Virus record (IMG/VR): IMGVR_UViG_3300047994_000374
Location: 310,001-374,000 of that record
Length of the DNA stretch: 64,000 bases
Reading direction: 5' to 3' (one strand)
The notes under the pieces were generated by a model that made no database searches, was not told the DNA's origin, and saw only the letters and a list, made by a program, of their open reading frames with translations. The position numbers and the translations under genes were made by a program. Below, piece by piece: positions 28,454 to 38,275 of this stretch (its first letter is position 1; every line of letters begins with the position of its first letter).

Positions 28454-29585
28454 TTAATTCTTTATTAAATTCTGAAAATAATAAGGCAGCATCAACAATT
28501 TCGTCGTAAGTCAAATCATTAATGAAAACCGCAGTGCCAATTGAAGTTGGCACGGGTAAATTTTGATCTCCATTTCGATGTTTGATGGTATCTTGAAGCG
28601 ATTCGAACAACAATAAATGATCGGCGAAGGATTCATGATAGGTTGGAAGTGCCATGCTTTTCGCTACACGCATTATTTTTAAGACATCTTCTTTTGCAAG
28701 CATATTTCTTTTATAAGAAAGAATACTTGAAAAAATAATATCTAAAGTAACCGCCTGCCCATGAGTTAGCGCTTTTACATTTTTATCAGCTAGCGACCTC
28801 ATCTCTATAATTGGACTAAATGAATGTCCAAAATCAACAATTCGCTTTAAATTTTTCTCCCAAAGATTATTTTCTAATTCTTCTTTCATATCCTGAATTG
28901 CAAAATTAATAACATCATCTGCGTGTTCACAATCAAATTTTGTGTCTAAAAGGATTTTACCATGAGTTTCCAATATATTAAACAATGGTAAGTCTTTAAT
29001 AACTGCCATCTTTAATATCTCGCCTAAACCTGAGCTAATTTCAATTTCTTCTAAAGTTTTCAAAAAAGCTTTGTCTAAATAAGAAGCTAATGGAGGGTAA
29101 TAAGAACCTAATCGATTTCGCCTATCTTCAAAATTAATTCCTGTTTTAGCCGCGACGCTAACATCAATGATGCCCAATAAAGTCGTTGGCACTCGAATAT
29201 ATGGAATCCCTCGCCGATATAATGTAGCAGCAAGTCCAGCTACATCAAGAATTACTCCCCCGCCGATAGCAATAATGGGTTCGCTTTTTCTTGAGGTGCC
29301 AAATTTTTCAATTTCTTCTAAAAGGTAAATTAAACTTGTTAAATTCTTTTCAGTTTCAACACCATTAATAACTACGAGCCTATAAGTTATTTGATGATGA
29401 TCAAAATAATTTTTAATTGTTTTTAAGTATAAATTGCTAACCTTATTATCAATAACTACAACAGCTCTTTTCGTAGAGCAACAATCAAGAATGTCATTAT
29501 TTTTTATATCAAATATTCCTGGCGAATTTTTTACGATATAATTAATAGGTAGAGAAGTATTGATTGTCCAAGTTTTCATTTGCAT
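28446..29585 (-). CDS. sedoheptulose 7-phosphate cyclase (2-epi-5-epi-valiolone synthase-like)
   Basis: GGGVILD, YRRGIPYIRVPTTL, NRLGSYYPP, MKEELENNLWE, RIVDFGHSFSPIIEM, HGQAV. Confidence 0.85.
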   Translation of the reverse strand: MQMKTWTINTSLPINYIVKNSPGIFDIKNNDILDCCSTKRAVVVIDNKVSNLYLKTIKNYFDHHQITYRLVVINGVETEKNLTSLIYLLEEIEKFGTSRKSEPIIAIGGGVILDVAGLAATLYRRGIPYIRVPTTLLGIIDVSVAAKTGINFEDRRNRLGSYYPPLASYLDKAFLKTLEEIEISSGLGEILKMAVIKDLPLFNILETHGKILLDTKFDCEHADDVINFAIQDMKEELENNLWEKNLKRIVDFGHSFSPIIEMRSLADKNVKALTHGQAVTLDIIFSSILSYKRNMLAKEDVLKIMRVAKSMALPTYHESFADHLLLFESLQDTIKHRNGDQNLPVPTSIGTAVFINDLTYDEIVDAALLFSEFNKELNE

Positions 29586-30565
29586 CCATTAGTTTGTAAA
29601 TCGTGAAAAAGCTTCGAGGCGAGAGCGTAAAAGAAAATCATTTTAGTTTCATCAATTGCCATTTTAAAGGGTAACATTCGTATAAATTGTGATATCTCTA
29701 ATAATTTTATAATTTCAAATTGCTTATCATCACAAACTTTTTTAATGTATTTTGTAAACTCTTGATTAAAATAATCTAAGCCTTCGTAAGTTGGCAAATT
29801 TACTTTCACTTCATTTTCAGTTATTTCTACATCAATAGCATTATACAATTCATATTTTGAATTTGAAGACTGATATATTTGAGAATATTCTGCCAAAACA
29901 GAGTCAACAACATTTTCTTCATAAGGATCAATAAAAATAATTTGATCCTTTTCTGCAGAATATAGTGTATTTTCCAGTGTTAAATTTCCGTGAGTAAATG
30001 TTTCTGTAGGATTTACATAATTACTAAATCTTCCATAAAAATCATTTATTTGTGATAAAAATGATGGAATCTTTTCACCGTTAAAATACAAAAAATCATA
30101 TTTAATAAATTTAGAAAATAAATTACTAGTATGACAGTCAGATAGTTTTTTGGAAACCTCTTCAAGCAAATAAAGATCAATGGACTCTGAATTAGATGGA
30201 ATAGAAATGTTATGCATCTTATTCATTGTACTTATTAAAGTTTTTGTAAATTTCTTAATTTGCTTTTTATCAGTAGTAGAAATTAAAAATTCGTGCCCAG
30301 TGATAAAATTTTCAAAATATTCCATATCAAAATAAGCAAAATCATTTTCATGACCATAATTTAATATTTTTGGAAAAACTTTTGGAAATAAAATAGAATA
30401 GCGCTGCATACGCTTTAACTGAGAGTACCATCTTTGAAAGCCGTATTCACGATTCTCAACTAATGAGACTTCTTTGCGGACAAAATAATTTTCACCATCT
30501 TTTATTAAATAAGTGGCGCTTAATGATCCACCTTTTAGGCGTTTTTTTATCATATTCTTACTCAT
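29576..30565 (-). CDS. APH/choline-kinase-like phosphotransferase
   Basis: LKGGSLS, FDMEY, THGNLTLEN, FIDP. Confidence 0.75.
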   Translation of the reverse strand: MSKNMIKKRLKGGSLSATYLIKDGENYFVRKEVSLVENREYGFQRWYSQLKRMQRYSILFPKVFPKILNYGHENDFAYFDMEYFENFITGHEFLISTTDKKQIKKFTKTLISTMNKMHNISIPSNSESIDLYLLEEVSKKLSDCHTSNLFSKFIKYDFLYFNGEKIPSFLSQINDFYGRFSNYVNPTETFTHGNLTLENTLYSAEKDQIIFIDPYEENVVDSVLAEYSQIYQSSNSKYELYNAIDVEITENEVKVNLPTYEGLDYFNQEFTKYIKKVCDDKQFEIIKLLEISQFIRMLPFKMAIDETKMIFFYALASKLFHDLQTNGCK

Positions 30566-30605
30566 ACCTTCAATACAGAGTATACCAAAAATTTGATATA
30601 AGACT

Positions 30606-31403
30606 ATGAAAACAGCGCTTATACTTTATGGATTTTTCAGAACATTTGAAGATGTAAAGGAAAGTTTAAAACAACATGTAATTGATCCATTAAATTGTGA
30701 TGTTTTCTTTTGCTCATTTGAAACGATTGAGGCAAAAAAAGATGACGCACAAGACAATTCTAAATTAAAGTTGGTGGATGATAAAATTTTAAATTTTTTT
30801 GGGTCCAGATTGAAAAAATATGAATTGCGCCCGCATGAACCAAATAAAGACAGGAAATTTATTTTTGATAAAAACTTACCAACATGGATTGAAATCGCGC
30901 AACAAGAAACATACAAAATCATATCAATGCAAGAAGGATTAACGAAAAGTATTAAAATATTTGAACAATATATTAAGGAAAATAATGAGCATTATGATTT
31001 AGTTATATTGACTCGTCCAGATATTAAATATTATACAACATTCAATGCTTCCGTCCTTAATATGAAAAATATTAATTGCCCGCAGCATTTTTTAAATCCA
31101 TACATTATGCCAGACCACTCAATTCGTGGGAATGAAACGGATATTAATAATAGAAAATTACGAGAAGGTGCCCGAGTATTTGGATTTGATAGATGGCTAA
31201 ATGATCAAATTTTATGTGGCACTCAAGAAAATATGTTAGTTTTTTCTAATTTATTTGATAAATTAGTTGAACATGTAAATGATGGAGTTTTACTTAACAA
31301 TGAGACACTTATCGGCGCGCACCTAATAAAAAACAATATTCAATTTGATGGTTGTGATTTTATTATTTATGAATTATGGCGAAATGAGTACAATCATCTA
31401 TAA
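30606..31403 (+). CDS. putative glycosyltransferase-like protein
   Basis: KTALILYGFFRT, YDLVILTRPD, NDQILCG; paralog of 33038 and of the 31437 C-terminus. Confidence 0.55.
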   Translation: MKTALILYGFFRTFEDVKESLKQHVIDPLNCDVFFCSFETIEAKKDDAQDNSKLKLVDDKILNFFGSRLKKYELRPHEPNKDRKFIFDKNLPTWIEIAQQETYKIISMQEGLTKSIKIFEQYIKENNEHYDLVILTRPDIKYYTTFNASVLNMKNINCPQHFLNPYIMPDHSIRGNETDINNRKLREGARVFGFDRWLNDQILCGTQENMLVFSNLFDKLVEHVNDGVLLNNETLIGAHLIKNNIQFDGCDFIIYELWRNEYNHL

Positions 31404-31436
31404 TTTAACCAATGTTAATTATAAGTTATAATAATA

Positions 31437-33038
31437 TTATTTCCACCATTGTCCATCATAACTTTGAGTCATGACACGCCCATCAGATCGAATAATATTA
31501 AAAGCAATATCTTTTTCAACTACATGAATACCATGTCTATTTAAATGGTATTTTAAAAACACTTCGGGACGAGCCAAGCATTGTTTGCCATTTACATATT
31601 CCACTATCCTATCAAATAAATTGAAATATATTTTCATATTTTTACTATTGCCCACCGCAAACTGATCGTTCATTGCATTAGCGTAATATCTTCCAATAAT
31701 AGGAACATTAATGACATTCATATCCCATTCATATATAGATGGTTTATTTGTAAATAATGCGTCAGATCGAAGTCGAATAATAATATCATAACTTATATTA
31801 TTTTCTCTTTCATAATTATCTAACATTTTTCCAGTTTGTTTAAGGCTATATAGCATGGAACCGTATGATAATAAATTTCCATTAGGCATATGATCCTTAT
31901 CTACTTGCGCCATCTTTGCATCATTATTTAGTTTAGCTATTGCATCTCTGGCGGACTCATATGTTTCTATATTAATTTTTTTTGGTTTTATTAGTTCATT
32001 TATTTGAGGAATAATCAATTCTGTTTTTTTATTGACGACACTTTGATCGCTTCCGTGCTTTGAAGCTGGCGCCCCCACGGTTTCCCATGTATTGATAAAA
32101 ATATCTGCCGTTTCTTTGTATGGTGATAAAATATTATTAATGAAAGAATGATAAGTTTGTTCAAAAGTTCTCATATGACCAGAAATACAAACTGCAATTT
32201 TTAAATTTTTATGTATTGAATCCGTAGTTGCGTTTTGTGGATGAATTATTTTTTCTTGAGCATAAATCGGCGCCGGTTTCGGAATAAATATATTTGTAAT
32301 TGGAATATTTGAATTTTTAATATTATTTCCTGGCAAATCAATTTGAACGGGAATTGGAGCCGGGATTTTTACCTGATTAGCTACATTAGGTGCAAATTGA
32401 TATGGCGATCCAATTTTAACACAAAACCACATGCATCTTTTATTGATATCACACTCATTATTATTTCGTGCCACCCAATCATATACATAGCTACCAGAAT
32501 TCAATTCATTTGTATTACACTTTTTAAAACTCATACCACATTCAGTTAGAATACGCTCAATTGTCGCTGGGCTTGGTCGAGCACTTATTCCATTAAACGA
32601 TGCGTCATATATGTTGCTATTATCTTGAATATTTATACACTTATACGGGTCTTCTGAATCACAAACTGCTGTTTCTAAAACAAGGTGCGTTGTAGATTTG
32701 CAGACATTTCGCAAATGTACTTCATAATTTTGTAAACATTGAATTAATCCTAAATCTAAAACAATATCAAATTTTTTATTATTAAATGGCCAATTCGAAT
32801 CCAAATCTGCTTGAATTGTTTTAATGCCATGAAATTTTTTATTAATTGTTTTAAGGTGAGCTTGCCTTGCATCAACTGCCGTGACATCCGCACCAAGCCG
32901 CTGCAAAGTTATACTTATATCCGCTTGCCCGGCTCCAGCATCCAATATTTTTTTTAGAAAGAAAAATTTAGGACCATAAAAATCTACAATTTTTTTAATT
33001 CTTTTTTGATTCCACTCTAAATAAGGACCTGCAAACAT
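31437..33038 (-). CDS. class I SAM methyltransferase fused to a glycosyltransferase-like domain
   Basis: ILDAGAG...FDIV; Pro-rich linker; KIAVCISGHMRT, YDIIIRLRSD, NDQFAVG, PEVFL. Confidence 0.7.
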   Translation of the reverse strand: MFAGPYLEWNQKRIKKIVDFYGPKFFFLKKILDAGAGQADISITLQRLGADVTAVDARQAHLKTINKKFHGIKTIQADLDSNWPFNNKKFDIVLDLGLIQCLQNYEVHLRNVCKSTTHLVLETAVCDSEDPYKCINIQDNSNIYDASFNGISARPSPATIERILTECGMSFKKCNTNELNSGSYVYDWVARNNNECDINKRCMWFCVKIGSPYQFAPNVANQVKIPAPIPVQIDLPGNNIKNSNIPITNIFIPKPAPIYAQEKIIHPQNATTDSIHKNLKIAVCISGHMRTFEQTYHSFINNILSPYKETADIFINTWETVGAPASKHGSDQSVVNKKTELIIPQINELIKPKKINIETYESARDAIAKLNNDAKMAQVDKDHMPNGNLLSYGSMLYSLKQTGKMLDNYERENNISYDIIIRLRSDALFTNKPSIYEWDMNVINVPIIGRYYANAMNDQFAVGNSKNMKIYFNLFDRIVEYVNGKQCLARPEVFLKYHLNRHGIHVVEKDIAFNIIRSDGRVMTQSYDGQWWK

Positions 33039-33775
33039 TACAAAATATCTCCACCTCGCGCAGAATGTTCATTTATAAAAAAATTACCATTAGCTCGTAA
33101 TATGCGATATTTGATTTCTGACCGAGCTATAGGTATATTATAATAATCTATATTGAATTTTAACATTATTTCTGGGTGCCAAATGCAGCCCGAATTAAAA
33201 TGAACATCGAGATTATTATAAACTCTTGCATATAAATCCATATTGCTTGAGTTACCAAAAGCAAATTGATCATTAAGTCCAGAGTAATTTCCAAATTTAG
33301 GAAAATAAACACCACCATGTAAAGAGTTTTCTAATTCATTCCTATCCAAAGGACTATCAAAAAATAAATCTGGACGACATCGAATAACAACATCATATCT
33401 AAAATTATTTTCTTTTTCATATTCTATTTTTAATTGATTAGCTTTATTAATACCATAAAACATTCCAAACATTTGTTCAGCTCCTCTTGAGCCATGACCT
33501 AAACGATGCATGTATTTTTGAATGGAATATTTTTGCCTCTGCTCAATTAATATTTTTTTAGGATGATAAAGTTGCTCTAAATTGACAATATTTAATGGAA
33601 CATATATTAAATGCTCATCACCCCGTCCACCATTCGTTTGATTATTGTATCCTATTGTTTCTTCGCTTGAAATGAAAATATCAGGATTACAAATATCTAA
33701 AACATTCTTTTCTAATGTTTTATATGCTTTATCATAGCTTCTAAAATGACCAGATAATAGTAGGGCGACTTTCAT
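33038..33775 (-). CDS. putative glycosyltransferase-like protein
   Basis: KVALLLSGHFRS, YDVVIRCRPD, NDQFAFG, PEIML. Confidence 0.6.
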   Translation of the reverse strand: MKVALLLSGHFRSYDKAYKTLEKNVLDICNPDIFISSEETIGYNNQTNGGRGDEHLIYVPLNIVNLEQLYHPKKILIEQRQKYSIQKYMHRLGHGSRGAEQMFGMFYGINKANQLKIEYEKENNFRYDVVIRCRPDLFFDSPLDRNELENSLHGGVYFPKFGNYSGLNDQFAFGNSSNMDLYARVYNNLDVHFNSGCIWHPEIMLKFNIDYYNIPIARSEIKYRILRANGNFFINEHSARGGDIL

Positions 33776-33805
33776 AATTTTACTTTCTTGATATATAATT
33801 TATTA

Positions 33806-34240
33806 ATGATATGTAGAATAGCTCATCGAGGAAATTTAAATGGTCCCAATCCAGAAAAAGAAAATCATCCAAGTTATATTGAAGAAGCGATAAAAGCTGG
33901 ATTCAATGCTGAGATAGATGTTTGGTTTATAGATAATAAATATATATTAGGGCATGATAAACCAGATTATGAAGTTCCGGAGAAATGGATATTCGATAAT
34001 AAAAAATATTTATGGTGCCACTGTAAAAATATAGAGGCATTATGGATAGTTTCTAAAAATATAAACGCATTTTTCCACGATCAAGATGATTGCACTCTAA
34101 CTTCCAAAGGATATATTTGGACATTTCCTCGTAATTTAATATTAACCAATAGATCGATTGCTGTGATGCCCGAGCGAGTTAATGGTTGGAATTTAACAGG
34201 TGTTTTTGGTGTATGCACAGATTATCCATATAAATATTAA
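33806..34240 (+). CDS. short glycerophosphodiester phosphodiesterase-like protein
   Basis: IAHRGN, EN, EIDVW, LGHD, GVCTDY. Confidence 0.75.
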   Translation: MICRIAHRGNLNGPNPEKENHPSYIEEAIKAGFNAEIDVWFIDNKYILGHDKPDYEVPEKWIFDNKKYLWCHCKNIEALWIVSKNINAFFHDQDDCTLTSKGYIWTFPRNLILTNRSIAVMPERVNGWNLTGVFGVCTDYPYKY

Positions 34241-34258
34241 TATTTTCTTATAACTTGT

Positions 34259-35626
34259 ATGATTAAAGCATTAATTTTTGATTTTGATAATACATTGTGT
34301 GAACTTGCTGAAGCGCATTATCAAGTTCTAAATGAAGCAATTGCAAAAGTAGCGGGACCAGAATATTTAATTGCCCGCAAAGAACAAGACACAAAATACA
34401 ACGGATTATCGACGAGCACAAAAATCAATATGCTCATTAAAGAAAAAAATCTTCCGGAAAAATTTGGACCAAAAATCCGGGAATTAAAACAACAATTTAC
34501 ATTAGATTATATTAAAAATAATATTACTGAAAATAATAATTTAATTTTAAATTTAGCTAATTTACGTTCTGAAGGGTATCGCCTATGCTGTGCTTCTAAT
34601 GCGCTACATGAAACGGTTAGAACTGGACTTGAGTGTTTAGGTATATTTGATCTATTTGATGTTGTTATAGGAAATGATCATATAAAAAGACAAAAGCCTT
34701 GCCCTGATATTTATTTGCAGTCATTTATTGAAATGGAATCTGATCCTCAAGAATGTTTAATCATTGAAGACAGCAAACATGGTAGGGAAAGTGCAGTCCG
34801 GTCTGGCGCTCATATTTGCACGGTTGATAATCCAAATGATTTAACTTATGATCATATGAAAAAATCAATTGATAAGGCAAACAAAAAAGAACAAAAAATT
34901 CGATGGACTGATAGTAAATTAAATGTTCTTATTCCAATGGCAGGATTAGGAAGCCGATTTGCTGATGCTGGATTCAAATTGCCCAAACCGCTAATCGATG
35001 TTAATGGAAAGCCTATGATAAAAATGGTTATTGATAATTTAAATATCGATGCCAATTATATTTTTATTGTCCAAAAAGATCATTATGAAAAATATAATCT
35101 TGAAATATTATTAAAGGCAATAGCTCCGGGATGTAAAATCGTGCAGGCAAACGGCATGAATGGAGGGGCAGCTTGTCATTCCTTGTTGGCAAAAGATTTA
35201 ATTAACAATGATGATCATTTATTAATTGCCAACTCAGATCAATATGTAGAGTGGGATAGTTGCGATTTCTTATCTCAAATGCTTACAAGTGGTGCTGATG
35301 GCGGAATTGTAACATTTAAAGCAACTGGTAAAAAATGGTCATATGCCAAATGTGAAGAAGATGGAACGATTACTAAAGTTGCAGAAAAAGATCCAATCAG
35401 TGAAGACGGGACAGCCGGTATCTACTGGTTCAAACATGGATCAGAATATGTTAGATCTGCCGAACAGATGATTAAAAAAGATATAAAAACTAACAATGAG
35501 CATTATATTTGCCCTTCATACAACGAAGCAATTGAGAATGGATTGATTATTAAAAATTTTCCATGTAAAAAAATGGCGGGAGTGGGGACCCCTGAGGACC
35601 TCGAGGCATATTTAAAAAACTTATAA
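34259..35626 (+). CDS. HAD phosphatase fused to a sugar nucleotidyltransferase
   Basis: FDFDNTL, KPCPD, IEDS; IPMAGLGSRF...PKPLI, ANSDQ, GTPEDL. Confidence 0.88.
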   Translation: MIKALIFDFDNTLCELAEAHYQVLNEAIAKVAGPEYLIARKEQDTKYNGLSTSTKINMLIKEKNLPEKFGPKIRELKQQFTLDYIKNNITENNNLILNLANLRSEGYRLCCASNALHETVRTGLECLGIFDLFDVVIGNDHIKRQKPCPDIYLQSFIEMESDPQECLIIEDSKHGRESAVRSGAHICTVDNPNDLTYDHMKKSIDKANKKEQKIRWTDSKLNVLIPMAGLGSRFADAGFKLPKPLIDVNGKPMIKMVIDNLNIDANYIFIVQKDHYEKYNLEILLKAIAPGCKIVQANGMNGGAACHSLLAKDLINNDDHLLIANSDQYVEWDSCDFLSQMLTSGADGGIVTFKATGKKWSYAKCEEDGTITKVAEKDPISEDGTAGIYWFKHGSEYVRSAEQMIKKDIKTNNEHYICPSYNEAIENGLIIKNFPCKKMAGVGTPEDLEAYLKNL

Positions 35627-36409
35627 TATAAGAGATTTAACTTTATCAGCAAATCTTGCTGCGGATTTATCTTCCACCGTAGAAGCAGAATCTAATCCAT
35701 GAAAATCCTCAAAACTTCTACTTGGATGGTCTGCGCAATCTGAACGACCTCTTGCTCGCTTCTCTTTAAAATCTTCTAAGGATCGGTTTACATAGTGATT
35801 AAGCTGTATGGTTTGAGTTGAGAATGACTTTGAGAAGGCATTTGGGACAATCTCCATCTTTTCTGAAACTGCGTTATAACCCGGTTTAAAGCGAAAGTGA
35901 TGGGGGTCCCCGGAAGCGCTTACGGTATATTTAGGCTGAACGATGGCTTTTGTATGTAAATTGACGACGAAATCATCTGGAGTTGCCATTGTATAGTTTT
36001 CAATAACTAATCCTTCAGGACGCTTAATATGACCATTGGAACCAAAACACCGCCAATTGACATTTAATCCACCATAGTTTTCAAAATCTTTCAACACATT
36101 CTGGATATTATCTTCTTTCATAGGTACTAAAAATTCGTCGATGTCCCAGTAGCCGATCCATTTGTTTTCTGCCCCGAAGTGCTGAAGACAATGATTAAAA
36201 GATGGCATTTGCATTGACCGACCTGGAAAATTGATTACAGTCACAATATGTTTTTGAATATATTTGGTTAGTGTATCTTTAATTGGAATGGCTGAACCAT
36301 TATCGTAAATATAGAAGTGATCTACGCCAACGGCACGATGAAAAGACACCCACTCTTCTAAAAATGGAGTTTCATCTTTCGCAATGACAGATACAGATAA
36401 ATTATGCAC
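35621..36409 (-). CDS. glycosyltransferase, GT92/GT2-like
   Basis: IAKDETPFLEEWVSFH, YIYDNGS, WDIDEF, LNHY. Confidence 0.8.
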   Translation of the reverse strand: MHNLSVSVIAKDETPFLEEWVSFHRAVGVDHFYIYDNGSAIPIKDTLTKYIQKHIVTVINFPGRSMQMPSFNHCLQHFGAENKWIGYWDIDEFLVPMKEDNIQNVLKDFENYGGLNVNWRCFGSNGHIKRPEGLVIENYTMATPDDFVVNLHTKAIVQPKYTVSASGDPHHFRFKPGYNAVSEKMEIVPNAFSKSFSTQTIQLNHYVNRSLEDFKEKRARGRSDCADHPSRSFEDFHGLDSASTVEDKSAARFADKVKSLIL

Positions 36410-36548
36410 GTCTTTTCCTTATAATGGTAATTTCTGGTTCAGTTTGTTTTTCAAATGGTTCACATTCACTACAACGAACTTTTTTAATCACTCCGCCCCA
36501 AATCGTTTCAATCTGACCCATACATATTTTGCATTTTAAAAATTCCAT
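36402..36548 (-). CDS. small zinc-finger protein (48 aa), below the ORF-track cutoff
   Basis: MEFLKCKICMG...RCSECEP; fills the intergenic gap. Confidence 0.5.
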   Translation of the reverse strand: MEFLKCKICMGQIETIWGGVIKKVRCSECEPFEKQTEPEITIIRKRRA

Positions 36549-36555
36549 CGAGTCC

Positions 36556-36864
36556 TCATAAAAAATTTTGAATCTTCATTAAGCTTAAAATAATTTTATC
36601 TGCTTTATTTAAATTTTCTTTTGTAATATATTCTTGATCTAATTTAAAATTTAATCCAGTTTTATTTGTTAATTTAATTATATTCATTGACTTAATAAAT
36701 GTATAATTTGTTTCTGATTCAACCTTGTCACGAATATAAATTGAAAGTCGAACGATTTCTCCATCTACATCAAAATCAATAAAAGTGCAGAAATTAGAAC
36801 AATAATTAAATCTATTGTAATTTTCGCTTATTTTATTTCCACAATAACAATATAAATCAATCAT
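36556..36864 (-). CDS. small Cys-ribbon protein, C-terminal tag family
   Basis: CYCG...CSNFC; ends LMKIQNFL. Confidence 0.6.
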   Translation of the reverse strand: MIDLYCYCGNKISENYNRFNYCSNFCTFIDFDVDGEIVRLSIYIRDKVESETNYTFIKSMNIIKLTNKTGLNFKLDQEYITKENLNKADKIILSLMKIQNFL

Positions 36865-37340
36865 TAGATAAATGACATTAGTTTTTTAAGTCTCGGATCT
36901 AAATGTTTATCATCAATTGCAAACCCAGGATTATTTGCAATGAATTTCATAATCTCTGTTTGACAAGCCGCAAGCATTTCTTCTTTGAATTGATTATGTT
37001 TTAAATTGAATGCAAGTCTTGAGAAAACCATCATCCTTTGTCCTGCCGCATTCTTTTTCCATGTATTACGAACTAATTTATTTCTTTTAGGTGCAGAAAA
37101 GACTTTCGTGGTTTCTGTCACACCATTAAAAATAAAAGACACGTCGCAGTAAGGAAATACATAGAGCCCCCAAGTATCTGCTTGAAATTCTAAACCAGTG
37201 TATTTAAGATTAACGGTCTTACAGTTTATTTGTCCATAAGAGTTTATTTTCGCATCAGGAAATTCTTTTTGAACAGCTTTTAATTTTGCTACTTTGAATT
37301 CTAAATCATTGATAACAGATAACAATTGGGTAGTGGTCAT
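36864..37340 (-). CDS. hypothetical protein with tag-like C-terminus
   Basis: ends RLKKLMSFI. Confidence 0.65.
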   Translation of the reverse strand: MTTTQLLSVINDLEFKVAKLKAVQKEFPDAKINSYGQINCKTVNLKYTGLEFQADTWGLYVFPYCDVSFIFNGVTETTKVFSAPKRNKLVRNTWKKNAAGQRMMVFSRLAFNLKHNQFKEEMLAACQTEIMKFIANNPGFAIDDKHLDPRLKKLMSFI

Positions 37341-37391
37341 ATACTTTCCGTTGGCGTTTAATATTGCCTAATTATTATATATCAAGTGTTT

Positions 37392-37607
37392 TTATTCTTC
37401 ATCAAAAATTATTTTAGTTCTATTTTGGTGGCCGTGTATAAATAGCGCATCGTCCAAACTATGATATATGTTAATACTTGAGTGAGATCCAATCCAACGA
37501 ATAATGATTTCGCCTGTATCACAAATTAGACATCCCTCCGCTACAACCCCACATCCACTAACCCCCGAGACGTCTTCGTGACGATACATCTTAAACGTTT
37601 TTAACAT
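37392..37607 (-). CDS. small phage-type hypothetical protein
   Basis: RHEDVSGVSGCGVVAEG...IHGH. Confidence 0.65.
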   Translation of the reverse strand: MLKTFKMYRHEDVSGVSGCGVVAEGCLICDTGEIIIRWIGSHSSINIYHSLDDALFIHGHQNRTKIIFDEE

Positions 37608-37675
37608 GATAAGCCTTTATTTAGCGACTTGACTTGCTAATAAAATACGAAACCTTGCACCCGTCATATATCAAA

Positions 37676-38257
37676 TCAAATGTGTTCTGGATCACAATCA
37701 TACAATTTACAGAATTGTTTTAAGTCAGTTGGCGTGATATTGTCTGATCCAGCCTCAATTGAAGGATACATCAAAGTTCCAATTCCATCGATTCCTGTTG
37801 CGTGCGATAGGCCTAAATAATGTCCCAATTCATGCTCCACAACTGATTTATAATAATCCTCTGTCATTCGATCCGTTACTAAATAGATATAAGGCATAAA
37901 TGAAGAATTGTCATATAAACCCAAAGTGCTATGCTCATTTTGAGCATCTACCATCATAATTTTAGGATAATCTTCGGAAACCTTTAGAATTATTAAAGAA
38001 TTTTTGGTATCCAAATGATCTGTTGGAAGCTTTTCGATAGTAAATTGAACCTTATGATTTGTAGCCCATTCCCACTCTTCTGCTGCTTCTTGAATAGTAT
38101 CTACTTCCCATGGCGTCATACTTTGGTCCAAATAAATAGATGTCTTTACGGGCAGTTTATGAACAACAGGATGGTAGAGTATCGGGACTGATACTTGGAA
38201 TAGAACGAGCATTACGATTAAACTGCCAACCATTGACCAAAATAATATTCTCATCAC
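37676..38257 (-). CDS. matrixin-like zinc metalloprotease with N-terminal membrane/signal anchor
   Basis: HELGHYLGLSH, LMYP Met-turn, hydrophobic N-terminus. Confidence 0.88.
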   Translation of the reverse strand: MMRILFWSMVGSLIVMLVLFQVSVPILYHPVVHKLPVKTSIYLDQSMTPWEVDTIQEAAEEWEWATNHKVQFTIEKLPTDHLDTKNSLIILKVSEDYPKIMMVDAQNEHSTLGLYDNSSFMPYIYLVTDRMTEDYYKSVVEHELGHYLGLSHATGIDGIGTLMYPSIEAGSDNITPTDLKQFCKLYDCDPEHI

Positions 38258-38275
38258 ATCTTATATATCAGTAAA

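Noticed and set aside
28446-29585. 3-dehydroquinate synthase AroB, or DDGS of mycosporine synthesis
   Set aside because: Motifs match the EEVS type; there are no shikimate genes, and no O-methyltransferase/ATP-grasp pair in the operon.
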